Assembly (NCBI GenBank): GCA_040766105.1
Contig: JAXGRD010000005.1
Span: forward strand, 138,178 to 202,177
Source: Anaerovoracaceae bacterium
Lineage (GTDB): Bacteria; Bacillota; Clostridia; Peptostreptococcales; Anaerovoracaceae
Direction of reading: 5' to 3'
Length of the DNA stretch: 64,000 bases
This document shows positions 36,978 to 45,322 of the stretch, one piece after another. A model generated the notes under the pieces. It worked only from the letters and a program-made list of their open reading frames with translations, did no database searches and was not told where the DNA came from. Position 1 is the stretch's first letter. Every line of letters begins with the position of its first letter. The position numbers and the translations under genes are program-made.

Positions 36978-37850
36978 ATGAATACTACAATCACAATCAT
37001 CATCAGTGTAGTTGCATATCTGATCCTGGCTCCCTTTATCGGTGGTCTGCTGGCAGGTATCGATCGAAGAATCACTGCGAGAATGCAGGGAAGATTCGGT
37101 CCTCCCATATTGCAGCCGTTCTATGACTTCTTGAAGCTGTGGGAAAAGGAAAACATTACGGTAAACAGAGTACAGGACTTCTACGTTTTCTGCTTCTTCA
37201 TCTTCATCGTCGTCACAGGTGCATTCTTCTTTGCGGGACTGAGCCTGTTGCTGGTCATCTTCACACTGACACTGGCAAGCGTGTTCCTCATCATAGCAGC
37301 CTTCTCCTCCAACTCTCCCTTTGCACAGGTAGGTGCGGAAAGAGAATTGTTGCAGATGCTGGCATACGAGCCTATGGTGCTGATCACAGCAATCGGATTC
37401 TACATGTACACAGGCAGCTTCGATGTAGGCGCTATCATGGGTGGTGAAAAAATGCCCCTCATATACCTCATCGGAATCTTCTTGGGATATATCTTCATTC
37501 TGACCATTAAGTTCAGAAAATCCCCCTTCGACCTGTCCATGTCCCATCACGGACACCAGGAACTGGTTGCGGGACTGAAGACCGAGTTTTCAGGCAGAAC
37601 CTTGGCCCTCATTGAAGCGGCACACTGGTTTGAAAACATATTCTTACTCGGATTCGTGTTCCTCTTCTTCATGAACGGAACCGTCTGGGGTATCGTTATA
37701 GGCGTAGTTGTTTGTCTTCTGACCTACTTCCTGGAAGTATTCATCGACAACAGCTTTGCAAGAATGAAGTGGCAGTTTGCAATCAATTCGGCGTGGGTCG
37801 TTGCGTTGGTTCTGGGAACTGTAAACCTGTTCATTCTGCTATATGTTTAA
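36978..37850 (+). CDS. echB: Ech hydrogenase membrane subunit B (NuoH-like)
   Basis: GGLLAGIDRRITARMQGRFGPPILQPFYDFLKL is a NuoH/HycD hallmark. ATG at 36978. Confidence 0.85.
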   Translation: MNTTITIIISVVAYLILAPFIGGLLAGIDRRITARMQGRFGPPILQPFYDFLKLWEKENITVNRVQDFYVFCFFIFIVVTGAFFFAGLSLLLVIFTLTLASVFLIIAAFSSNSPFAQVGAERELLQMLAYEPMVLITAIGFYMYTGSFDVGAIMGGEKMPLIYLIGIFLGYIFILTIKFRKSPFDLSMSHHGHQELVAGLKTEFSGRTLALIEAAHWFENIFLLGFVFLFFMNGTVWGIVIGVVVCLLTYFLEVFIDNSFARMKWQFAINSAWVVALVLGTVNLFILLYV

Positions 37851-37862
37851 GGAGGCAATCAC

Positions 37863-38318
37863 ATGGCATATGTAACAAAATCACCCTGGGTCATCCACTA
37901 TGACGGATCCAGCTGTAACGGTTGCGACATAGAAGTGTTGGCCTGCCTTACACCTATGTACGACGTAGAGCGGTTTGGAATTATCAACACCGGTAACCCC
38001 AAGCACGCAGATGTTTTTCTTGTCACCGGCTCCATCAACGAGCAGAACAAGAATGTTGTACAACAAATATATGAGCAAATGCCGGAACCAAAGGTAGTAG
38101 TAGCGATCGGAATCTGCGCCACCAACGGTGGAATCTTTAAAGAATGCTACAATATCATGGGCGGAACGGACACCGTAATTCCCGTGGACTGCTACGTTCC
38201 CGGCTGTGCTGCAAGACCGGAGGCCATCATTGACGGCGTCGTTAAGGGTCTTGGCATCTTGGCGGAAAAAAAGGCCAAGATGGATGCCGATAATAACCAG
38301 AAGGGAGCGGCGGTATGA
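37863..38318 (+). CDS. echC: Ech hydrogenase small subunit C (NuoB-like, one [4Fe-4S])
   Basis: SCNGCDIE ... GICATNGG ... PGCAARPE cysteine pattern. Confidence 0.85.
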   Translation: MAYVTKSPWVIHYDGSSCNGCDIEVLACLTPMYDVERFGIINTGNPKHADVFLVTGSINEQNKNVVQQIYEQMPEPKVVVAIGICATNGGIFKECYNIMGGTDTVIPVDCYVPGCAARPEAIIDGVVKGLGILAEKKAKMDADNNQKGAAV

Positions 38319-38671
38319 GCGAAAAGAAATTTCTAGTTCAGGACATACGATCAATACAGGGTTCTGAATTATTGGGTATTGTGCGTAACCTGCGACAGGA
38401 CGGCTATCGATTTGTCCAGGCATGTGCAACGGCGAAGGAAGAAGGCTATGAACTTCTGTACTCCTTCGACAAGGATCACGACCTCGTCAACTTCAGGATC
38501 CATGTGAATGAAGGCGATGAGTTGGAAAGCATCACGAAGGAATATTGGAGTGCCTTTATCTATGAAAACGAGTTGAATGACTTGTTCGGCATCAAGTTCC
38601 TTCACAACGCATTAGATTACGGCGGCAACTTCTACAAGGTTGCAGAGCCGACTCCATGGAAGAAGAAATAA
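38315..38671 (+). CDS. echD: Ech hydrogenase subunit D (NuoC-like)
   Basis: 118 aa. Called from its position between the small and large subunits and a NuoC-like YENELNDLFGI motif. Confidence 0.7.
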   Translation: MSEKKFLVQDIRSIQGSELLGIVRNLRQDGYRFVQACATAKEEGYELLYSFDKDHDLVNFRIHVNEGDELESITKEYWSAFIYENELNDLFGIKFLHNALDYGGNFYKVAEPTPWKKK

Positions 38672-38689
38672 GAAAGGAAGGTAGAAAAC

Positions 38690-39775
38690 ATGGGTAAAAG
38701 AACTATTATTCCTTTCGGACCACAACATCCGGTACTTCCCGAGCCGGTTCATTTGGACCTGGTCATCGAGGACGAGAAGGTTGTAGAAGCCATTCCCTCC
38801 ATTGGATTTATCCATAGAGGATTGGAAAAGTTGGTAGAAAAAAAGGAATATACCGAAATGGTATACGTTATAGAGCGAGTTTGCGGCATCTGCAGCTTCG
38901 GACACGGTTGGGGCTATTGCGCTGCCGTGGAAGGCGCAATGGGCATTGAGATTCCCAAGAGAGCGGAATATCTGCGAACCATTTGGCATGAATTGGGAAG
39001 AGCACATTCCAACATGCTGTGGTTGGGACTTTTGGCCGACGGATTTGGCTTTGAAAGCTTGTTCATGCATGTGTGGAAGCTGCGAGAGACCGTTCTGGAC
39101 CTCTTTGAAGAGACCACCGGGGGAAGAGTTATCTTCTCCGTGTGCAAGGTGGGTGGTGTAAGAAAAGACATCGACACTGCCACATTGAACAAGATGGTCA
39201 AGGAACTCAACGGTATTAAAAAAGAGCTGAAGGAGTTGACCGATGTCTTTATGGAAGACAAGTCCGTAAAGAACAGACTGTGTGGCGTAGGATATTTGTC
39301 CAAGGAAGACGCCATTGAATTGGACGCAGTCGGCGCCATGGCAAGAGCTTCCGGCGTTGTACAGGATATGCGTCTCAATGGTCACGGCATCTACGATGAA
39401 TTAAACTTTGAGCCTTGTGTGGAAACTGCCGGCGACTGTTATGCTCGTTGTGTCGTAAGAATCAGAGACATCTTCTTGGCTTTGGACATGATTGAAGAAG
39501 CGGTCAACAAGATTCCCGATGGACCCATCTCCGTTCCCGTTAAGGGCAACGTAACCGGTGAGTTCGTCATGAGGCTGGAGCAGCCCAGAGGAGAAGCGGT
39601 TTATTATGCAAAGGGATTCGACACGGGAACAAAGTTCCTGGAGAGAATGCGCGTCCGAACACCGACCAATCAGAACATTCCCGCCATGGTGAAGACCTTG
39701 CAGGGATGTGACCTGGCTGATGTTCCCATGCTCATACTGACTATCGACCCCTGTATCAGTTGTACAGAAAGGTAG
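38690..39775 (+). CDS. echE: Ech [NiFe] hydrogenase large subunit E (NuoD-like)
   Basis: N-terminal Ni-binding RVCGICSFGH and C-terminal DPCISCTER motifs. 361 aa. The stop codon is TAG. Confidence 0.9.
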   Translation: MGKRTIIPFGPQHPVLPEPVHLDLVIEDEKVVEAIPSIGFIHRGLEKLVEKKEYTEMVYVIERVCGICSFGHGWGYCAAVEGAMGIEIPKRAEYLRTIWHELGRAHSNMLWLGLLADGFGFESLFMHVWKLRETVLDLFEETTGGRVIFSVCKVGGVRKDIDTATLNKMVKELNGIKKELKELTDVFMEDKSVKNRLCGVGYLSKEDAIELDAVGAMARASGVVQDMRLNGHGIYDELNFEPCVETAGDCYARCVVRIRDIFLALDMIEEAVNKIPDGPISVPVKGNVTGEFVMRLEQPRGEAVYYAKGFDTGTKFLERMRVRTPTNQNIPAMVKTLQGCDLADVPMLILTIDPCISCTER

Positions 39776-39785
39776 GTGGAAAAGC

Positions 39786-40373
39786 ATGGCAAATTTTAAA
39801 ATCGGTAAGGTAGTAATGGGCAGCCTGTTTAAGAAGCCTGCCACCAAGATGTATCCTGTCATTCCTGCTGAATGGAAGGAAAGGACGAGAGGTCACATCC
39901 GCATCGAAGAAAAGGACTGCATCCTTTGCGGTATCTGCGGCAAGAAGTGTCCCACCAATGCCATTACGGTAGATCGAGGTGGGCGCACATGGACCATCGA
40001 GAGGATGCAGTGCATCCAATGTGGAGAGTGTGTTGCTGTCTGTCCCAAGAAGTGTCTGTTCATGGAACCGGATTACACGGAGCCAAGCACGGAAAAGGTA
40101 ATAGATACGGCCAACGTTCCGGAAGTGGAAAAGCCAAAGGCGACACCGGCGAAGAACGGGGAAGCAAAGGAAGCGGCACCTGCTGACGGAGACGAAAAGC
40201 TGAAATGCGACGAAGAAGTCTGCATATACTGCGGCATCTGCGTGAAGAACTGTCCCGTGGACGCTTTGGAAGTGGATCGAAAGGAAAAGATTTGGAAGGT
40301 AGATCATGACACCTGCACAACGTGCGGAATCTGCGTTGAGAAATGCCCCAAGGATTGCCTGGTGATTGAATAA
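39786..40373 (+). CDS. echF: Ech hydrogenase ferredoxin subunit F (NuoI-like) carrying four CxxCxxCxxxCP motifs
   Basis: CILCGICGKKCP, CIQCGECVAVCP, then a Pro/Lys/Ala/Glu linker, then CIYCGICVKNCP and CTTCGICVEKCP. Confidence 0.8.
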   Translation: MANFKIGKVVMGSLFKKPATKMYPVIPAEWKERTRGHIRIEEKDCILCGICGKKCPTNAITVDRGGRTWTIERMQCIQCGECVAVCPKKCLFMEPDYTEPSTEKVIDTANVPEVEKPKATPAKNGEAKEAAPADGDEKLKCDEEVCIYCGICVKNCPVDALEVDRKEKIWKVDHDTCTTCGICVEKCPKDCLVIE

Positions 40374-40387
40374 AATAACGGAAACTG

Positions 40388-40423
40388 CTGCTCCGCCTTG
40401 GATTGCCAGGGTGGAGCAGTTTG
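40388..40423 (+). terminator. weak terminator-like hairpin after echF
   Basis: CTGCTCCGCC-12 nt-GGTGGAGCAG followed by only TTT. Confidence 0.35.
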
Positions 40424-40437
40424 ATATTACAGGGGTG

Positions 40438-41532
40438 ATGATGGACGTTTTTGTCATTGTATTGGCAGCCTTTGCTGCCTTGGGATTTTTGGATAAAGCC
40501 ATAGGTGGTCGATTCGGTTTTGATAGGGAAATTGATAGCGGGCTTTCCACCATGGGCACCATGTCCGTATATATTGTGGGTATCTACTGTGTAGGAACCG
40601 TACTCATAGAGGGGAATTCCGAAACGATTGGAAATGCCACCTCCTTTTTGCCTATGGATCCCTCCATCCTCTCGGGAGGAATACTCGCCCCGGATTTGGG
40701 CGGCCAACCTATCGCCATGGGTTTGGCGGAAGATCGGGACATGGGCTTCTTTTCGGGGCTGGTCATCGGTGGTTGTCTGGGACAATTCGTTAGCTTTCAA
40801 CTTCCCGTCATCTTTGCCGTTCTCGATATGGAGACCAAACAGAAGATGGTCAGAGGATTTATCTATGGAATCATAGCAATTCCTGCAGGTCTGGTTGTGG
40901 GTGGCTTAGTCATGGGAATTCCACCGGGCAAGCTCTTTCTCAACATCAGCATCATCACTCTGATTTGCCTTGTCCTCCTCATGGGATTCCTCAAGGCGCC
41001 GAAACAAACGGAGAAGATCATTCTTACCTTTAGCAATATCATTAAATTCATTTGTCAAATCCTCTTCGTGATTGTCATTGCCGGTCTATTCATCCCCAAG
41101 CTGTCCTTTGTTCCCGGCGATTTGGTCCTCAATGCCCTTCTCATTGTCTTCCGCATGTCCATCATCGTCTGCGGTGGTTTGGTCCTTACGAGAATTCTCA
41201 CTATGTATTTCGGGAAGGCCTTTGACTACTTGGGTGAGAAGATGGGGACGGACAAGCTGGGCATAATCGGCCTCATGCTGAACATGATCAATAGCATAAC
41301 GGCCATTACCTTGTTTAGCAAGATGGATGACCGTGGGAAGATTATCAACGGGGCCATCTGTGTTAGCGGCGCATATATTCTGGGAGGTCAATTGGCCTTT
41401 GTCATCTCCGTTGCTCCTGCCTACGTTTTTTATGGCTATATTGCATCTAAAATTACTGCTGGAGGACTGGCACTGGCCATCGCTCTTCTCGGGGAGAGAA
41501 AAAGAAATTTGAATCAGTCTCCCCTTGTATGA
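40438..41532 (+). CDS. EutH-family (ethanolamine-permease-like) membrane protein
   Basis: Polytopic, about 365 aa. The N-terminal LGFLDKAIGGRFG and LAPDLGGQPIAMGLAED resemble EutH (LIAAVDRIL..FGG / LACDMGGFFLAKELA) as I remember it. The start is set at the ATG at 40438. Confidence 0.55.
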   Translation: MMDVFVIVLAAFAALGFLDKAIGGRFGFDREIDSGLSTMGTMSVYIVGIYCVGTVLIEGNSETIGNATSFLPMDPSILSGGILAPDLGGQPIAMGLAEDRDMGFFSGLVIGGCLGQFVSFQLPVIFAVLDMETKQKMVRGFIYGIIAIPAGLVVGGLVMGIPPGKLFLNISIITLICLVLLMGFLKAPKQTEKIILTFSNIIKFICQILFVIVIAGLFIPKLSFVPGDLVLNALLIVFRMSIIVCGGLVLTRILTMYFGKAFDYLGEKMGTDKLGIIGLMLNMINSITAITLFSKMDDRGKIINGAICVSGAYILGGQLAFVISVAPAYVFYGYIASKITAGGLALAIALLGERKRNLNQSPLV

Positions 41533-41569
41533 TACAATGAATTAATTCATCATCGCAGAGGAGGTTGGG

Positions 41570-42958
41570 ATGGAAAAAAGAAAAGGGAAAGCGGAGCGGC
41601 AATACGAAGCAGACTTTTATAAAATCATGGCCGATAACTTCGGTGATGAAATTTTTGTGACCGACGGAAAGGGAATCACGATATTCGTCAATCCTGCGGC
41701 AGTGGAGGTCATTGGAAAACCTGTTACAGAAATCATCGGACGGCACGTAGACGACTTGGTTGAGGAAGGCTTCTTCAAGCCCAGTGTCACCATGGAGGTT
41801 CTTCGCCAGAGAAAGACCGTTTCCATTATCCAAAAGGTAAAGGAGGATAAGGCTGTTCTGGCAACGGGAGTCCCGATTTTCGGAGACGACCGAGAAAACA
41901 TCATCATGGTAATCAGCACCACAAAGGACGTGGATGCGCTAAATCACCTATTGGGAACCGTGGAATCTCAGCAGGAGGAAATCACCAACTTGCGAGACAA
42001 CGTGTTCTCTGAGGAGGGTTTTATCTCAGTGGACCATGGGATGAAAGAAATCAAGAATACCTTGGTAAAGATAGCCGACCTGGATATGGCAATCCTTGTA
42101 GAGGGAGAGACCGGTGTGGGGAAGGAAGTTGCGGTTCGGACCATTCATCACTTTGGGATTAACAGAAAGGGACCGCTTTTCAAGATAAACTGTGGGACAA
42201 TACCTGAAAATCTCATTGAATCGGAACTCTTTGGATATGAAGCCGGTGCGTTTACCGGTGCCGAGAGGAACGGGAAAAAAGGAAAGATCGAGATGGCCCA
42301 TGGGGGAACACTGTTTTTAGATGAAATTGGGGAGCTTCCGTTGAATTTGCAAGTCAAGCTCTTAGACTTCCTCCAGGAAGGGACTTTTACACGGGTGGGC
42401 GGTACCGAGCCGATAAAAATAAATGCGCGGGTGATTGCCGCCACCAACCGAGACCTTCGCAGGATGTGTGAAGAGGGCACTTTCCGAAAGGATTTGTACT
42501 ACCGCCTGAGCGTCATCCCTGTTCGAATTCCACCCCTTCGGGAACGACCGGATGACATCGATGCCTTGACTCGATACTTTGTTTCTCGGTACAACTCCAA
42601 ATACAGAAGCCACAAGGGAATCGATCCGGAGTTCTATGCCGTCGCCCGAAGCTACAGATGGCCGGGAAATATCCGTGAGTTGGAACATATGATTGAGAGA
42701 ATCTACGTGATGACGGAAGGCGAATTTATCAAGAAGGAGGATTTCGAGAAGATCATGCTAATGGAACACGAGGACCATCGCCAGGGCTCCAACGTAATCT
42801 GCATGGGAATCATGAACCTGAAAGAAGCGAAGTGGGAAGTGGAGAAACAATTGGTTCGTCATGCCTATCAAAAGGAGGGGAGTACCTATAAAGCTGCCAA
42901 GGTTTTGGGGGTGGATCAATCCACGGTGGTAAAGCTCTTAAAAAAGCACGAATCCTAG
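41570..42958 (+). CDS. sigma-54-dependent transcriptional activator (PAS - AAA+ - HTH), paralog 1
   Basis: GETGVGKE Walker A, ESELFGYEAGAFTGA (GAFTGA loop) and a C-terminal Fis-type HTH. The stop codon is TAG. Confidence 0.9.
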   Translation: MEKRKGKAERQYEADFYKIMADNFGDEIFVTDGKGITIFVNPAAVEVIGKPVTEIIGRHVDDLVEEGFFKPSVTMEVLRQRKTVSIIQKVKEDKAVLATGVPIFGDDRENIIMVISTTKDVDALNHLLGTVESQQEEITNLRDNVFSEEGFISVDHGMKEIKNTLVKIADLDMAILVEGETGVGKEVAVRTIHHFGINRKGPLFKINCGTIPENLIESELFGYEAGAFTGAERNGKKGKIEMAHGGTLFLDEIGELPLNLQVKLLDFLQEGTFTRVGGTEPIKINARVIAATNRDLRRMCEEGTFRKDLYYRLSVIPVRIPPLRERPDDIDALTRYFVSRYNSKYRSHKGIDPEFYAVARSYRWPGNIRELEHMIERIYVMTEGEFIKKEDFEKIMLMEHEDHRQGSNVICMGIMNLKEAKWEVEKQLVRHAYQKEGSTYKAAKVLGVDQSTVVKLLKKHES

Positions 42959-42973
42959 AACGACTGATGAAAT

Positions 42974-43020
42974 AAATCATGAGAATTGATGAAAAAAATC
43001 ATTATTTCTCATGATTTTTT
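42974..43020 (+). terminator. intrinsic terminator after activator 1
   Basis: AAATCATGAGAA-20 nt-TTCTCATGATTT followed by a T-run. Confidence 0.55.
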
Positions 43021-43086
43021 ATTGCGATAAAGCAATCGGTTCGATAGAAGCATTGAAATTACTGGATTCTTAATTGGTGAAATACT

Positions 43087-43102
43087 TGGCATTGATATTG
43101 CT
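43087..43102 (+). promoter_or_regulatory. sigma-54 (-24/-12) promoter TGGCAT-tgata-TTGCT
   Basis: GG-N10-GC spacing is exact. It lies 46 nt upstream of the corrinoid-protein ATG and directly downstream of a sigma-54 activator gene. Confidence 0.75.
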
Positions 43103-43147
43103 TAAGTAAAGGGCAGGAGTTATCATTTTTGTACAAAGGAGACAATA

Positions 43148-43801
43148 ATGGCAAGAGAAGATTTAATGAACAGAGCTTTCGAAGCAATCGTTGAAGCCGA
43201 TGAAGATATGGCTACCGAAGTGCTGGAAGAAGGCGAAAAGGAAGGAATCACTGCTGTAGAGCTGCTGCAGGAAGGATTCAGTAAGGGAATGAACGAGCTG
43301 GGTGACAGATTCGGTCGTGGAGAAGTTTTCCTTCCCGAATTGATCTTTGCAACAGAAGTCATGAAAGTCGTTACCGACAAGGTAGACGAAGAATTGGCTG
43401 CCAAGGGTGGCGAAGCAGAGGAAAAGGGCAAGATGATCATGGCGACCGTAGAAGGTGACGTTCACGATATCGGAAAAGGTATCTGCGTATCCATGCTGAA
43501 GTCTGTTGGCCTGGAAGTATATGACCTGGGACGTGAAGTACCTGCCGATGTCATCATCGAAAAGGCGAAGGAAGTCAACGCTGACATCATCGGAACTAGT
43601 GCTCTTCTCACCACCACAATGGTAGTGCAGAAGGAAATCGAAGAGAAGTTGGCTGCTCAGGACTTGAAGAAGGAGTTCAAGACCATGGTAGGTGGATCAC
43701 CGATTACACAGAGATGGGCTGACAAGATTGGTGCAGACGCTTACACCGAGGACGCGTCCGAGTGCTGCCAGAGAGCTCTGAAGTTTATTGATGAGAAATA
43801 A
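43148..43801 (+). CDS. mtbC: methyltransferase-cognate corrinoid (B12-binding) protein
   Basis: 217 aa. N-terminal helical cap plus a B12-binding domain with DVHDIGK (DxHxxG). The symbol is assigned only from adjacency to mtbB. Confidence 0.75.
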   Translation: MAREDLMNRAFEAIVEADEDMATEVLEEGEKEGITAVELLQEGFSKGMNELGDRFGRGEVFLPELIFATEVMKVVTDKVDEELAAKGGEAEEKGKMIMATVEGDVHDIGKGICVSMLKSVGLEVYDLGREVPADVIIEKAKEVNADIIGTSALLTTTMVVQKEIEEKLAAQDLKKEFKTMVGGSPITQRWADKIGADAYTEDASECCQRALKFIDEK

Positions 43802-43822
43802 GGAGTAGAAAGGAGGATTACA

Positions 43823-45214
43823 ATGAGTGATAAAAAGTATTTCACCCGTATGGGCGACGGCGAAGCAACATGGATGACCAAAGACGAGCTGAAAGCTGAT
43901 GTTCTTGCCGGAATGGAAGACGCCGTAGTTAAGGGCAAGTCCCAGCCTATGAGCGACGAAGATGTTGAGCACATGATGGAAATCTTGACCATGCCCAACA
44001 AGCTGGTCAGTGTTGAGCCGGGTAATGAAGCCATCACCACATTTGACGCAGGAACCTTGAAGGCACCTGTACGATCCGGATTGCCGGTAGACAGAGGAAC
44101 GGACATCCTCATGCACGAGAGAGTGCTTTGTTCCGATTCCATGGAATTGTGTAACACAGACTACAGCTACAAAGCAATCAAGAATATCGCACCGGAAGAA
44201 GGAATGGCAATGGAGGCTGTACAGCAGCAGACCATCATTCCCCTATTCTACGGCGCAATGCCCAACATGGGATTATACACCAAGCCTGACGGCCCGGTAG
44301 ATAACTGGTCCATGCTCCTTCCCGAAGGGAAAATCAAGGAAGCTATGGCGGCACAGGAAGAAGCTGCAGAGCTGTGTGCGGCAGATATGATCTATATCGG
44401 CTCCATCATGGCAGAAGCAGGTGCTGACGGTATCCAGTTTGATACAGCGGGAGCATCGGGAGATGCCGACGCTTTGGCAGCTCTCAATGCCGCAAAGGCA
44501 TTGTCCGAGAAATATCCGGACCTTTGCATCACCATGGGTATGGCAAACGAGTTCCACTTGGGAATGCACGGCAGACTCAAGTTTGAAGGAGACAAGATTG
44601 CGGGACAGTATCCGGCAGCACAGGTAAAGACTTGTGAAAAGGCCGGCGTACACAGCTACGGTTGCGTAGTTAACACCAACAGCAGCAAGTCCTTTGCATG
44701 GAACCTGGCGAGAGCCACAACTTATGTACAGCAGGCTACAAGAGTAGCGAACATTCCTGTTCTGGTAGATGTAGGAATGGGTGTTGGCGGAATTCCTCTG
44801 ACCAACGTTTCACCTGTTGATGCTACTTCGAGAGTATCCAAGACCATGATTGAAATCGGCAAAGCCGACGGATTGTAGATAGGTCACGGAGATACATTCG
44901 GAATGGCTGCCATTCACGAAGCTGCTGCCGGAATGGGCGGCGTACGAGCTGCCGGAGATCTGGTTGCACGTATGGTCTTCAAGGGAATGAAGCTAAACGA
45001 AGCAAAAGAATATGTCGCAGGAAAACTGGGATGCAGTACAATGGATTTGTCTGATGAGGCTGCCATGAAGGAGATCAGGGAAACTCTGGATATCGGTCAC
45101 ATCATCATCACTCCTCATGCATCTTACGGAATGGCTGCAAAGATTAAGATTGCAGAACTGCTGGACATCACTATTCCTAGCGTTGAGATGTTTAAGAAAC
45201 GTGTAGGTATCTAA
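43823..45214 (+). CDS. mtbB: dimethylamine:corrinoid methyltransferase with an in-frame TAG (pyrrolysine codon) at 44876-44878
   Basis: The track ORFs 43823-44878 and 44903-45214 share a frame and are joined by TAG-ATA-GGT-CAC-GGA-GAT-ACA-TTC-GGA. The combined 463 aa is colinear with Methanosarcina MtbB (PLFYGAMPNMGLY, GADGIQFDTAGASGD, MGMGVGGIP, RAAGDLVARM). Confidence 0.85.
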
Positions 45215-45222
45215 GAATATAT

Positions 45223-45268
45223 GGTATACAGCTCGCAGGAAGGACCTGCGGGCGTATACCTGATTTTT
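45223..45268 (+). terminator. strong intrinsic terminator after mtbB
   Basis: GGTATAC-a-GCTCGCAGG-aagga-CCTGCGGGC-GTATACC, about 16 bp with one bulge, followed by TGATTTTT. Confidence 0.7.
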
Positions 45269-45322
45269 GACTCATGTTACTTATCACTCCAATACGAAAG
45301 GAATATAGGAGGAGAAATAGAA

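Noticed and set aside
44876-44905. Reading mtbB (and mttB at 49579-49635) as frame-disrupted pseudogenes or as separate small genes.
   Set aside because: Each has a single TAG, no frameshift, full-length colinearity with the methanogen enzymes, and the stop falls at the known pyrrolysine site in both genes. The downstream pieces lack their own RBS.
45222-45237. Sigma-54-like TGGTAT-acagc-TCGCA in front of the BCCT transporter.
   Set aside because: It satisfies GG-N10-GC but has poor -24/-12 flanks, lies inside the 5' arm of the mtbB terminator and has no activator gene directly upstream. It is kept only as a remark in the BCCT finding.
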